A stretch of DNA of 51,372 bases, taken from Gemmatimonadales bacterium. Lineage in GTDB: Bacteria; Gemmatimonadota; Gemmatimonadetes; Gemmatimonadales; GWC2-71-9. Made by a program: the position numbers and the translations under genes. The stretch is from the NCBI GenBank assembly GCA_038321865.1, contig JBBQFH010000022.1, positions 1 through 51,372 of the forward strand. The letters are read 5' to 3'. This document shows, piece by piece, positions 9,175 to 18,896 of this stretch; within the stretch, counting starts at the first letter, position 1, and each line of letters begins with the position of its first letter. The notes under the pieces were generated by a model. That model was not told the origin of the DNA and searched no databases. It worked only from the letters and a program-made list of their open reading frames with translations.

Positions 9175-10569
9175 ATGCGACGGTTTTCTGTCAGCTTGGC
9201 CGTAGGCCTCATCGCGGCGGCGGCGATCCCGCGCGGCGCGGTGGCGCAGGGCTATGGGGTGTACGAGCAGGGCGCCTGCGTGATGGGACGGGGAGGCACC
9301 GGGGTGGCGTCGCCCTGCGCGGACGGCTCCAGCATCTTCTTCAACCCGGCCGGCATCGCAGCGACTGAGCGCCAGCAGTTCAGCGTCGGCGGGACGCTGA
9401 TCGCACCCCGGGGCGCATTCACCAACGATCTCACCGGCGTGAGCGGCGCGCTCAAGAAGTCGGTCTATCCTGTTCCCAATCTCTACTACGTCCGCTCCGT
9501 CGGTGGCGGCCGCGCCGCGGTCGGCCTGGGGCTTTTCGCGCCATACGGCCTCACCACCGAATGGCCCGATAATTTCGAGGGCCGTTTCCTCGGTTACAAG
9601 AGCCGGATCGCCGCCGTCTACGTCCAGCCGACCGCCGCGATGAAGATCGGGAACAAGGCGAGCATCGGGGCCGGGCTCGACGTCTCCTTCGTCAAGGTGC
9701 AGCTCCGCCAGCGGCTGGATCTGTCGTCACAGGTCGCATCGCCGCCGTTCGTCACCTTCGGCAATCTCGGCATCCCCTTCGGCACCGATTTCGGTGATGT
9801 CAACCTGAACGGGAGCGGACACGGGATCGGTTACCACGTGGGCCTGCAGCTCGAGCCGATCAGTCACGTCACCGTGGGTGCCCGCTATCTCTCGCGCCAG
9901 CTGGTCAAGGTCAACAACGCGAAGGCGGAAATCACCCAGATCATGACCGGCATCGTGCTGCCGGCCAACAATCCCATCTCGGCAGCCGGCGGCGGCACCG
10001 CCCCGCTCGCGATCGACGGCCTGCTGGCGCCGCAGTTCGGCACCGGCGGCCCCCTCACCAACCAGGGCGGTTCGACCTATCTCCGCATGCCGGAACAGCT
10101 GGTCCTCGGCGTCGCCGTGCAGGCCACGCCGAAGCTCAAGGCCCTGTTCGATTTCCAGTACACCAACTGGACCGTGTTCAACCAGCTCGTCCTCAACTTC
10201 GACCTGCTCGGCCAGCGCGTCCTGCGCGAGGGGTACCGCAAGGCGTACGGCTACCGCTTCGGCGGGGAATACGCGCTGTCGCCGGGCGCCACCGTGCGGG
10301 CCGGCTACTACACCCACGGCGCCGCGGCGCCGCCGGAAACCGTGACACCAAACCTGCCCGAGGGCGGCCGCAATTCGTTCAGCTTCGGCCTCGGCACGCA
10401 CCTGATGCGCAATCTCAGCGTGGATCTCGCCTACCAGTACATCTCGCAGGCGGATCGCCGCGGCCGCACGGTGGATGGCGGCCTGGCCGAACCGACCGCG
10501 AGCGTGAACAACGGGCTCTACACCTTCCACGCTCACCTCTTCGGCGCGACCTTCGCGTACGCCTTCTGA
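9175..10569 (+). CDS. OmpP1/FadL family outer-membrane transporter for hydrophobic compounds
   Basis: Signal peptide, G.GVYEQGA..MGRG, SIFFNPAG hatch motif, APYGLTTEW, C-terminal YAF. Confidence 0.88.
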   Translation: MRRFSVSLAVGLIAAAAIPRGAVAQGYGVYEQGACVMGRGGTGVASPCADGSSIFFNPAGIAATERQQFSVGGTLIAPRGAFTNDLTGVSGALKKSVYPVPNLYYVRSVGGGRAAVGLGLFAPYGLTTEWPDNFEGRFLGYKSRIAAVYVQPTAAMKIGNKASIGAGLDVSFVKVQLRQRLDLSSQVASPPFVTFGNLGIPFGTDFGDVNLNGSGHGIGYHVGLQLEPISHVTVGARYLSRQLVKVNNAKAEITQIMTGIVLPANNPISAAGGGTAPLAIDGLLAPQFGTGGPLTNQGGSTYLRMPEQLVLGVAVQATPKLKALFDFQYTNWTVFNQLVLNFDLLGQRVLREGYRKAYGYRFGGEYALSPGATVRAGYYTHGAAAPPETVTPNLPEGGRNSFSFGLGTHLMRNLSVDLAYQYISQADRRGRTVDGGLAEPTASVNNGLYTFHAHLFGATFAYAF

Positions 10570-10586
10570 CCGGGAGATTCGACCGT

Positions 10587-11864
10587 ATGATGTTCCGGAC
10601 TCTCGCGGCCTCCCTCCTGGTCGCCCTGCCGCTGATCGCGGGGTGCCGCCACGACGAGGCGCTGGCCGCGCCCGACCTGACCACGACCAGCGGGCTGCTC
10701 GCGCGCTACGTGGCGATGGGCAACAGCATCACCGCCGGCTTCCAGTCCGCCGGTATCAACGACAGCACGCAGCAGCGCTCCTACGCGGCCGTGTTCGCCC
10801 GCCAGGCGCACGCGCCCTACTTCTACGCGTCATTGAGCATGCCGGGTTGTCCCGCACCCTTCACCAACAATCTGACCGGAGCTCGCGTCGGGGGACAGAA
10901 CTCTCCGACCGGCTGCGCACTGCGCGCGTCGAATCAGCTGCCGTATCTCAGCAACGTCGCGGTACCAGGTGCTCGGGTGATCGACGCGCTGTCGAACACG
11001 GATCCCGCGTCGAGCCCGAACGCGCTCACATCATTCATCCTTGGCGGCCGGTCGCAGGTCGCGGCGATGCGTGCCGCTCAACCCACTTACGTATCGATTT
11101 GGCTCGGTAACCAGGATCTACTCGGAGCGTTGACCAACGCGGCCAACTATGGCAGTTCAACGCTGGTGACACCGGTCGCGGCATTCCAGGCGGCCTATAC
11201 CGAGATTCTCGACAGCATTGCTGCGACCGGCGCCAAGGCGGCACTCCTCGCAGTCGTCGATGTCACGACGATTCCCTTCACCAGCAGCGGCGCGACGTAT
11301 TGGTGCCTCAAGACCGGTTTATGCCCCGGCGTCCCGGCGGGCGGATTTCCGTCGTCGTTCACCGTCAACAACAATTGCGCGCCCGGCGCGGCGATTCCCG
11401 GTGCCAAGGGTGACTCCATCCTGGTGCCCTTCAGCGTAGGCGTGCCGAAACTCGCCGCAGCCACACCGACTAGCCCGCAAAGCCTTGACTGCTCGATCGA
11501 CAACCAGGTCGTATCCGCGGCGGAGTACAAGGTGCTGCGCGACGCCGTTGCGGGTTATAACGCGTTCATCGCGGCCCAGGCGGTCCAGCGCAACTGGGCC
11601 TACGTGGATGCAAACCCCGCCCTGCTGGCGGCCAAAGCCGAGATCCCCGCGCCCAGCTCGTTCCCTAAGATCGCCGTGTTCCCGTGCCTGCCTGGCAAGA
11701 CCTGCGGCACGCGAACCAATCCGAATGCTTTCGTCCTGTTCGGAACGTTCTTCTCGCTCGACGGCGTGCACCCGACCGACGTGGCGCACCGCATCATCGC
11801 CGACTCGCTGATCTCAGCCACGAATCGCACCTACGGCACGACGATCCCGTTCGCCGGACCCTGA
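10587..11864 (+). CDS. SGNH/GDSL-family hydrolase lipoprotein
   Basis: Lipobox LIAG-C; block I GNSITAG, block II NVAVPGA, block III WLGNQD, block V DGVHP. Confidence 0.82.
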   Translation: MMFRTLAASLLVALPLIAGCRHDEALAAPDLTTTSGLLARYVAMGNSITAGFQSAGINDSTQQRSYAAVFARQAHAPYFYASLSMPGCPAPFTNNLTGARVGGQNSPTGCALRASNQLPYLSNVAVPGARVIDALSNTDPASSPNALTSFILGGRSQVAAMRAAQPTYVSIWLGNQDLLGALTNAANYGSSTLVTPVAAFQAAYTEILDSIAATGAKAALLAVVDVTTIPFTSSGATYWCLKTGLCPGVPAGGFPSSFTVNNNCAPGAAIPGAKGDSILVPFSVGVPKLAAATPTSPQSLDCSIDNQVVSAAEYKVLRDAVAGYNAFIAAQAVQRNWAYVDANPALLAAKAEIPAPSSFPKIAVFPCLPGKTCGTRTNPNAFVLFGTFFSLDGVHPTDVAHRIIADSLISATNRTYGTTIPFAGP

Positions 11865-11886
11865 TCCGGCGGGCCGGTCGTTTGCG

Positions 11887-11921
11887 GACGGGGGCGACCA
11901 TGCGTCGCCCCCGTCTTTTTT
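11887..11921 (+). terminator. Rho-independent terminator
   Basis: Perfect 12-bp stem GACGGGGGCGAC/GTCGCCCCCGTC, 5-nt loop, then TTTTTT; 22 nt after the SGNH stop. Confidence 0.92.
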
Positions 11922-11958
11922 GCGCGGTAGATTAGGGACGTCCTCAACCGGAGCTGCC

Positions 11959-12540
11959 GTGCCGATCACCCGTGACCGCGCCCTCGCGCTCATGCAGGAA
12001 TACACCGCGTCCGACGCCCTGCGGAAGCATATGTATGCCGTGGAGATCGCCATGCGCGCGATGGCCGAGAAGGCGGGCGAAGACCCCGACGCGTGGGGCG
12101 TAGTGGGGCTGCTGCATGATTTCGACTACGAACGGTTCCCCAACGACGCGCATTCCGCCACGGAGGAGCACCCGGCTGAGGGGGTGCGAATTCTGGCGCG
12201 GGAGGGGCTGCCGGAGGCGGCGCAGGAAGCCATTCTGGGTCACGCGTCCTACACTGGTGTGCCGCGCGCGACGCCGCTGGCCCGGGCCCTGTTCGGCGTC
12301 GACGAGCTGTGCGGCTTCCTGGTCGCGTGCGCGCTCGTTCGGCCGTCGCGGAGTCTCGCCGACCTCGAGGTGGCGAGCGTGAAGAAGAAGCTCAAGGACA
12401 AGGGTTTCGCCCGCGGCGTGAGCCGCGAGGACGTGACCCGTGGCGCCGACGAGCTGGCGGTGCCGCTGGACGAGCATATCGCCTTCGTGCTCGCCGCGCT
12501 CCGGCCCCACGAGCGGATGCTCGGTCTCGGCGGCCCATGA
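11959..12540 (+). CDS. HD-superfamily phosphohydrolase
   Basis: LRKHMYAVE, GLLHDFDYE, EHP..G, AILGH, DELCG; GTG start with GGAG RBS. Confidence 0.85.
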   Translation: MPITRDRALALMQEYTASDALRKHMYAVEIAMRAMAEKAGEDPDAWGVVGLLHDFDYERFPNDAHSATEEHPAEGVRILAREGLPEAAQEAILGHASYTGVPRATPLARALFGVDELCGFLVACALVRPSRSLADLEVASVKKKLKDKGFARGVSREDVTRGADELAVPLDEHIAFVLAALRPHERMLGLGGP

Positions 12541-13961
12541 ACCTCCGCGCGCCGGACCTCGGACACCAGCCGATCGAGTGCGCCATCAACCGCTCCGCCG
12601 GCGGTCGCCCGATTCCGGGCAACGGCGTACAGCTGCTCATCGATGGACCGGACGCCTACACCGCCATGCTCGACGTCATCGCCCGCGCCGAGCACTGGAT
12701 CCACTTCGAGAATTACATCATCCGGAGCGACGCCGAGGGGTGGCGTTTCGGCGAGCTGCTGGCGCGGCGGGCACGCGAGGGTGTCCGCGTGCGCGTGCTG
12801 TACGACTGGCTTGGATCGCTGAACACCTCGGGCAAGCTCTGGCGCTTCCTGCGCGACGCCGGCGTCGAGGTTCGCGCGTTTCATGCGCCGCATTTCCTCG
12901 ACGTCATCGCCATGCTGGCGCGCAACCACCGAAAGCTGGTGGTGGCGGACGGCACGCGGGCGGTGATGGGCGGGCTCTGTATCGGGCGCGAATGGACGGC
13001 GGGAGATGGCCCCGGGCATGAGCCGTGGCGCGATACCGCCCTGTCGGTGGATGGCCCCGCGGCGGCGGCGCTCGATCAGGCGTTCACGGTCACCTGGCGG
13101 GCCGCAGGAGGCACCATCCCGCCGGGAGAATCGATCGGCGAGGTACCCCAGCGCGGCGACGCGGATGTCCGGGTCATCGCCGGCGAGCCGGGCCGGGAAC
13201 GCGCCTATCGGGTGATCGAGTTGCTGGCGGCGGGAAGCGCCCAGCGGCTCTGGATCACGGACGCCTACCTGGTCGCCCCGCCGCGGCTGTTCCAGGCACT
13301 GCGTGATGCGGCGGAGGATGGCGTGGATGTACGCCTCCTCGTGCCCGGCTCCAGCGACATCCCCTTCGTCCGCAACCTGACCCGAATCGGCTATCGCGAT
13401 CTGCTCGGCAGCGGGGTGCGGATCTTCGAGTGGGAAGGGCCGATGCTCCATGCCAAGACCATCACCGTTGACGGTCGCTGGGCGCGGGTGGGCTCGAGCA
13501 ACCTGAATGCGTCGAGTCTGCTCGGCAACTACGAGCTCGACCTGCTGGTGGAGGATCCCGGAGTCAGCGAAGCGCTGGACAACCAGTTCCGTCGGGACAT
13601 CGCGCGAAGCCGCGAGGTGTCGCGCCGGCCCCTCCGCGGCCCGCCCCGCATCAGCCAGCGGTTGCCGAGCGCCCTGACCCGGCTGGCGGCGGAGGTCCCG
13701 GTGCCCCATCGTCGTGGCCGCCGCGAAGTGCAGCATCGGGCCATGCTGGCCGTCAGGGCCCTCGCCAGCAATGCCCGCCGGTCGGTTTTCGGGCCGCTCA
13801 GCGCAGGCCTGCTGATTCTGGCCGTCCTTTTTCTGCTGCTTCCGCGCGCCATGGCATTCGGTTTCGGGATCATATCCGCCTGGCTGGCTATCGGAGCGGC
13901 GAGGGAAGCCTTCCGCCGGCGGGCCGAAAAGGCGCTTCCCCCGCCCCAGGCCCGAACGTGA
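12537..13961 (+). CDS. Phospholipase D family protein, cardiolipin synthase-like
   Basis: Two HKD motifs (NHRKLVVADG, LHAKTITVDG), WRDT, GSSNL; two hydrophobic C-terminal segments. Confidence 0.88.
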   Translation: MNLRAPDLGHQPIECAINRSAGGRPIPGNGVQLLIDGPDAYTAMLDVIARAEHWIHFENYIIRSDAEGWRFGELLARRAREGVRVRVLYDWLGSLNTSGKLWRFLRDAGVEVRAFHAPHFLDVIAMLARNHRKLVVADGTRAVMGGLCIGREWTAGDGPGHEPWRDTALSVDGPAAAALDQAFTVTWRAAGGTIPPGESIGEVPQRGDADVRVIAGEPGRERAYRVIELLAAGSAQRLWITDAYLVAPPRLFQALRDAAEDGVDVRLLVPGSSDIPFVRNLTRIGYRDLLGSGVRIFEWEGPMLHAKTITVDGRWARVGSSNLNASSLLGNYELDLLVEDPGVSEALDNQFRRDIARSREVSRRPLRGPPRISQRLPSALTRLAAEVPVPHRRGRREVQHRAMLAVRALASNARRSVFGPLSAGLLILAVLFLLLPRAMAFGFGIISAWLAIGAAREAFRRRAEKALPPPQART

Positions 13962-13984
13962 GTGCCATTCTGGCCCGACCGCCC

Positions 13985-14008
13985 AACGCCCGCCGGCCCC
14001 GCCGCGTA
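13985..14008 (+). promoter_or_regulatory. Putative autoregulatory ECF sigma promoter
   Basis: AAC (13985-13987) - 17 nt - CGTA (14005-14008), immediately upstream of an ECF sigma gene. Confidence 0.5.
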
Positions 14009-14559
14009 TGACCCTCGTGAACGACGCCGAGCTGGCCGCTCTGGCTGCGCGGGGAGACGGTGACGCCTTCGGGCGATTGATCGAACGTCACGCGCCGGGC
14101 GCACGCCGCGTGGCCCGGCTGTTCCTTCGCGATGCCGATGACGCCGATGACGCGGTTCAGGACGGGTTGCTCTCGGCGTGGCGAGCCCTGGACCGATTCG
14201 ATACCACCCGGCCATTCCGGCCCTGGCTGATGCGGATCGTGCTCAATTCAGCTCGCGACCTCCGACGCCGGCGCACGGTGCGCCAGACCGACCAGCTGCC
14301 GGAGAGCCAGGCCAGCCGCACCCCCGGTCCGGAACGCGAGACCGAGCGGCGCCTGCTCCGGAGCCGCCTTGACGCGGCGCTGGCGACGTTGCCGGAGCGT
14401 CAACGGCTCGCCGTCACGCTGTTCGATGCCGAGGGCTACCCGCATGCCGAAATCGCGGCGCTTTTGGGCGTCCCGGAGGGAACGGTGCGGTCCGATGTTT
14501 TTCACGCCCGGCGCGCGCTTCGCAAGGTGCTCGCGCCGTATCTCGAGGAGGTTCCATGA
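14008..14559 (+). CDS. ECF-type sigma-70 factor (true start may be GTG 14017)
   Basis: Region 2 (DADDAVQD...F.PWL.RI..N..RD) and region 4 (LPERQR...EIAALLGVPEGTVRS). Confidence 0.92.
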   Translation: MTLVNDAELAALAARGDGDAFGRLIERHAPGARRVARLFLRDADDADDAVQDGLLSAWRALDRFDTTRPFRPWLMRIVLNSARDLRRRRTVRQTDQLPESQASRTPGPERETERRLLRSRLDAALATLPERQRLAVTLFDAEGYPHAEIAALLGVPEGTVRSDVFHARRALRKVLAPYLEEVP

Positions 14560-14906
14560 CCGCGCATGATCCGTTCGAGTCCGATCCGGATGTGGCGCTC
14601 GGCCGCCTGCTGCGCGAGCATCTCGATGCCGGTGACGAGGGCCGCTTCGTGGCCCGGGTGCGGGCCGCGCTGCTTGCCGAGCGGGACACCAGCTGGGACG
14701 TGCTGGCCCGCTGGGCCCGGCCGGGGCTCGCCGCCGCCGCGTCCGTCGTGATCGGCCTGGGCCTCTGGCTCGCGATGCAGCGTGGCGGCGAGGTCGCGAC
14801 GCTCGCGGATGCCATGCAGCCGGCCGGCGCCCCGACGCAGCTCCTTGCGGGCGCACAGGCGTCGAGCAGCGATGTCGTGCTCGGCGCGCTCACGGAGGGC
14901 CAGTGA
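14556..14906 (+). CDS. Single-TM protein, putative anti-sigma factor
   Basis: ATGA-coupled to the sigma gene; short cytoplasmic N-domain, one TM helix (GLAAAASVVIGLGLWLAM), short periplasmic tail. Confidence 0.65.
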   Translation: MTAHDPFESDPDVALGRLLREHLDAGDEGRFVARVRAALLAERDTSWDVLARWARPGLAAAASVVIGLGLWLAMQRGGEVATLADAMQPAGAPTQLLAGAQASSSDVVLGALTEGQ

Positions 14907-15292
14907 TCGCGTCCCGCGGACGGGCGGCGGCGCTGCTCACGGCTGTCTTCCTCGCCGGCGTGCTCGCGGGCGTCGGCGGGGCGGTGCTGGGACGAAGCTA
15001 CCTTCCCGGCCCCCGCCGCCATCGTGGCCCGGAGGATTTCGTCGCGCGGCTGTCGCAGGACCTGCGTCTCTCGCCGCCGCAGCGCGACAGCGTGAAGGCG
15101 ATCCTCGGTCGCCGACGCGGCGGCATGGATTCCCTGTGGCACGAGGTGGGCCCGCGCTTTGAAACTTTGCAGGCGACGGTTCGTTCGGAGATTCGCGCGC
15201 AACTCAACCCGGAACAACAGCGAAAGTTTGCCGAGATGAACAAGCGGTTCGATTCGATGCGCCGCCCCGGGGGTGCTCATGCGCCGCGGTAG
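14903..15292 (+). CDS. Periplasmic helical protein, Spy/CpxP/ZraP-like
   Basis: N-terminal hydrophobic anchor; two LTxxQ-like motifs (LSPPQ, LNPEQ). Confidence 0.65.
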   Translation: MIASRGRAAALLTAVFLAGVLAGVGGAVLGRSYLPGPRRHRGPEDFVARLSQDLRLSPPQRDSVKAILGRRRGGMDSLWHEVGPRFETLQATVRSEIRAQLNPEQQRKFAEMNKRFDSMRRPGGAHAPR

Positions 15293-16583
15293 CGCTGCAC
15301 TGGTCCTCATGCTCGCCGCCGGCGCGGTGACGCCGCTGGCGGCGCAGGATCGCTCGGTGTCGCTCGGCGACGCCATCCGTTTGGCCGAAAAGAGTCAGCC
15401 GAGCGTCATCCAGGCCCAGGCCAACATCCTGACGGCGGAGGCGCGGTTGCGTACCGTGCGCGCCGCGTACCTGCCGAACCTGTCGTTCTCGTCGTCGGGC
15501 AGCAAGAGCCGGACGGACGGCACGGCCCGGATCGATCCGATCACGAACGAAGTGCTTCCCGGCGGGAGCAGCAACACCAGCCTCAACACCAGCGTCAACG
15601 CCAGCGTGGATCTGTTCACCGGCTTTCGGCGCGGGGCCGACATCGGCGCGGCGCGCGCCACCACCGAAGCGGCCAACGCGTCGCTGATCAACGCCAAGTA
15701 TCAGCAGCGCCTCAACACGACTAACGCCTTCTTCGACGCGCTGGCCGCGCGCCAGCTGCTCGTCGTGCGCCAGGCCAGCGTGCGCCGCGCCGAGGAGCAG
15801 CTGAAAATTTCGATCAGCAAGCTGGCCGCGGGCTCGGCGACACGCTCCGATTCGCTCCGCTCCCGCGTCACGCTCGGCACCGCCCAGCTGCAGCTGCTGC
15901 AGGCGCAAAGCAATCTGGCCACCACGGAAGCCGCGCTGGCACGCACGATCGGCGCGACCGGCCGAGTGCAGGCGGCGGACGATTCCACGCTGTATCGGGT
16001 CGCCCCCGCGGTCGATAGCGCCGCGCTTCGCGCCGAGGCGGTCCAGGGCTCACCGGCGGTACAGGCGGCGCTAGCCAGCTCACGCGCGGCCGAGGCGGCG
16101 CTCAAGGCGTCGCGCTCGACGTACTGGCCGACGCTGACCCTCGCGGGCGGCACCAGCTTCAGCGGAAGCAACAACACGAACTACCATCTCTACAATCAGC
16201 GGAACGTCAGTCTGCAGCTCAGCTGGAACATCTTCAACCGGTTCGGGCGGGAGCAGCAGATCGTCACCCAGCAGGCCAATTTCGACATCGCGGCCGCCAA
16301 TGCCGCCGATCTCGGCCGGTCGGTCGAGACCACGCTGACGGGCCAGATCGCCGCGCTCGAGTCGAACCGTGCCGCGATCGACATCGCGCAGACCAGTGTG
16401 TCGGCCGCCACCGAGGACCTGCGCGTCGTGCAGGAGCGGTACCGGCTCGGCGCCGCCACGATCGTGGACGTGCTCACCTCGCAGGAAGCGTTGAACCAGG
16501 CGGAGGTGGATGCCGTCGCCGCCCGGTTCAACTACCTGCGCTCCAAGGCCCAGATCGAAGCCCTTCTTGGACGGAGCCTATGA
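15279..16583 (+). CDS. TolC family outer-membrane efflux protein
   Basis: Signal peptide; two OEP repeats ([28 protein letters not shown]). Confidence 0.9.
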   Translation: MRRGSAALVLMLAAGAVTPLAAQDRSVSLGDAIRLAEKSQPSVIQAQANILTAEARLRTVRAAYLPNLSFSSSGSKSRTDGTARIDPITNEVLPGGSSNTSLNTSVNASVDLFTGFRRGADIGAARATTEAANASLINAKYQQRLNTTNAFFDALAARQLLVVRQASVRRAEEQLKISISKLAAGSATRSDSLRSRVTLGTAQLQLLQAQSNLATTEAALARTIGATGRVQAADDSTLYRVAPAVDSAALRAEAVQGSPAVQAALASSRAAEAALKASRSTYWPTLTLAGGTSFSGSNNTNYHLYNQRNVSLQLSWNIFNRFGREQQIVTQQANFDIAAANAADLGRSVETTLTGQIAALESNRAAIDIAQTSVSAATEDLRVVQERYRLGAATIVDVLTSQEALNQAEVDAVAARFNYLRSKAQIEALLGRSL

Positions 16584-17338
16584 CCGCCGCCATTCACAAC
16601 ACCGATGAGCGGATGGCCATGCTGCCGTCCGACGTGCCGCGTGACGCCGTCATCGTCACGCGGAACCTGCAGCGCGAGTACGACATGGGCGGCGAGGTCG
16701 TCCGCGCGCTGCGCGGGGTCGACCTCACGATCCGGAAGAATGAATACGTCGCGATCATGGGGCCGTCGGGCTCGGGCAAGAGCACGCTCATGAACATGAT
16801 CGGCTGCCTGGACAGCCCGACGGCCGGCGAGTACTGGCTCAACGGGCATCGCGTATCCGAGCTCTCCGACGATGAGCTGGCCCGGATCCGGAACAAGGAA
16901 ATCGGCTTCGTATTCCAGACATTCAATCTGTTGCCGCGCGCGTCCGCGCTGCACAACGTCGAACTGCCGCTGGTCTATGCCGGCATCGCCACCCGGCAGC
17001 GCCGGGAGATGGCGAGCGAGGCACTCGATCGAGTCGGCCTGGGCGATCGCATGACGCACCGGCCCAACGAGCTGTCCGGCGGCCAGCGCCAGCGTGTCGC
17101 CATCGCGCGGGCCCTGGTCAACCAGCCCAGCATTCTGCTGGCGGACGAGCCCACCGGCAACCTCGACAGCACGACCAGCACCGAGATCATGGGACTGTTC
17201 GAAGCACTTTATGGCGAGGGCCAGACGATCGTCCTGGTGACGCACGAGCCCGATATCGCCGCCCACGCCCTCCGGCAGTTCCATCTCAAGGATGGCCGGG
17301 TGGAGCGAGACTTTCTTACCGAGAGGCCCCACCGATGA
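16580..17338 (+). CDS. ABC transporter ATP-binding protein, MacB/LolD-type
   Basis: [40 protein letters not shown]. Confidence 0.95.
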   Translation: MTAAIHNTDERMAMLPSDVPRDAVIVTRNLQREYDMGGEVVRALRGVDLTIRKNEYVAIMGPSGSGKSTLMNMIGCLDSPTAGEYWLNGHRVSELSDDELARIRNKEIGFVFQTFNLLPRASALHNVELPLVYAGIATRQRREMASEALDRVGLGDRMTHRPNELSGGQRQRVAIARALVNQPSILLADEPTGNLDSTTSTEIMGLFEALYGEGQTIVLVTHEPDIAAHALRQFHLKDGRVERDFLTERPHR

Positions 17339-18894
17339 CGCGCACCCGTACCGCCGCCGCCCTGGCCCTGATCGCCGCGATGGCGGCCTGCAAGAAGGCG
17401 CCACCGCCGGTGGCCTATCAGGCTGTGCCGGTCGAGCGCCGCGACATCATCGTGTCGGCGCAGGCGGCCGGCGCGATTCAGCCGGACACCACCGTGGAAG
17501 TGAAATCCAAGGCCTCGGGCGAGGTGCTGCAGATGCTCGCGGAGACCGGCCAGGAAGTGAAGCAGGGTGACCTGCTCGTGCGGATCGATCCGCGGATTCC
17601 GAACAACAATCTGTCCCAGGCCCGGGCCGATTACAGCGTGGCCCAGGCGACGCTCACCAATGCCCGCGCCCAGAAGCAGCGCTCGGATGAGCTGTACAAG
17701 TCGCAGTCGATCACCCAGCAGGAGCACGAGACGGCCCAGCTGGCCTATGCCAACGCCAGTGCCGACGTGATCAAGCAGCGTGTGGCCGTGGAGAACGCCG
17801 GGATTCAGGCGGCGGATGCGAACGTCCGCTCGCCGATCACCGGCACGATCATCGAGAAGGACGTGGAGCGCGGCCAGCTCATCCAGTCGGCGACGGGCAA
17901 CGTCAGCGGCGGCACGGTCCTGCTCAAGATGGCCGACCTGAATCTCGTCCAGGTCAACGCGCTGGTGGACGAAACCGACATCGGCAAGGTCAAGCCGGGC
18001 ATGCAGGCCACGGTGACCGTGGACGCCTATCCCAACCGTCCGTTCGAAGGCACGATCCTCAAGATCGAGCCGCAGGCCACGGTCCAGCAGAACGTGACGA
18101 TGTTTCCGGTGCGGGTCCGGATCCAGAACCAGGGCGGACTCCTCCGCCCCGGCATGAACACCGAAGTACAGATCCACATCGGCGAGCGGGACAGCGTGCT
18201 CGCGATTCCCAACTCCGCGCTGCGGACGCTGAAGGATGTCAGCTCGGCCGCGCAGGTCCTCGGGCTGAACGCCGACGCCGTGCAGAAGCAGCTTGCCGCC
18301 GCGCCGGCGCCCGCGCCGGTGACCCAGCCCGCCGGCGATTCCGGCAGCCGCGCCTCCATGGGGGCTACGGCGCCCGGGGATTCGAGCGCCAAGGGCGGCA
18401 ACACGCTGACGCTGCCCAACGGCACCACGGTGCCGCTGCCGGCGGGCGTCACGGCGGCCCAGATCCAGAAGATCATGCAGAAGCGGATGAGCGGCGGCAC
18501 GCCGACGGCGGAAGAGACCGCGCTGCTTCGGAAGGTCTTCCAGGGGATGCGTGGCGGCGGTGGCGGCCGCATGGGCGGCAACCGCAGGAACAACGCGGCG
18601 GATTTTGGCGGTAGCTACGTCGTCTTCGTCAAGCGTACCGGGCAGATCGTGCCGGTCAACGTTCGCACCGGCCTGACCGATCTCGACTACAGCGAGGTGG
18701 TGGCCGGGCTGCAGGAAGGTGATTCGGTCCTGGTTCTGCCCAGCGCCGGCATGATCCAGTCGCAGCAGGACATGAAGGAACGGATCAACCGGGTCACCGG
18801 GGGCGGGGGCGTCCCGGGCATGCAGCAGCAGACCGCCACGCCGCCGCGGACGGGCGCCGCCGCCGCTGCACCCCGCGCGGGGGGAGGCAGGTAA
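17335..18894 (+). CDS. MacA-like periplasmic adaptor (HlyD/MFP) lipoprotein
   Basis: Lipobox AMAA-C; lipoyl halves EVKSKASG and [27 protein letters not shown]. Confidence 0.9.
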   Translation: MTRTRTAAALALIAAMAACKKAPPPVAYQAVPVERRDIIVSAQAAGAIQPDTTVEVKSKASGEVLQMLAETGQEVKQGDLLVRIDPRIPNNNLSQARADYSVAQATLTNARAQKQRSDELYKSQSITQQEHETAQLAYANASADVIKQRVAVENAGIQAADANVRSPITGTIIEKDVERGQLIQSATGNVSGGTVLLKMADLNLVQVNALVDETDIGKVKPGMQATVTVDAYPNRPFEGTILKIEPQATVQQNVTMFPVRVRIQNQGGLLRPGMNTEVQIHIGERDSVLAIPNSALRTLKDVSSAAQVLGLNADAVQKQLAAAPAPAPVTQPAGDSGSRASMGATAPGDSSAKGGNTLTLPNGTTVPLPAGVTAAQIQKIMQKRMSGGTPTAEETALLRKVFQGMRGGGGGRMGGNRRNNAADFGGSYVVFVKRTGQIVPVNVRTGLTDLDYSEVVAGLQEGDSVLVLPSAGMIQSQQDMKERINRVTGGGGVPGMQQQTATPPRTGAAAAAPRAGGGR

Positions 18895-18896
18895 CC

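Noticed and set aside
14130..14155. Short GCCGATGAC tandem repeat
   Set aside because: Encodes DADDADDA in sigma region 2; two copies only, not an array.
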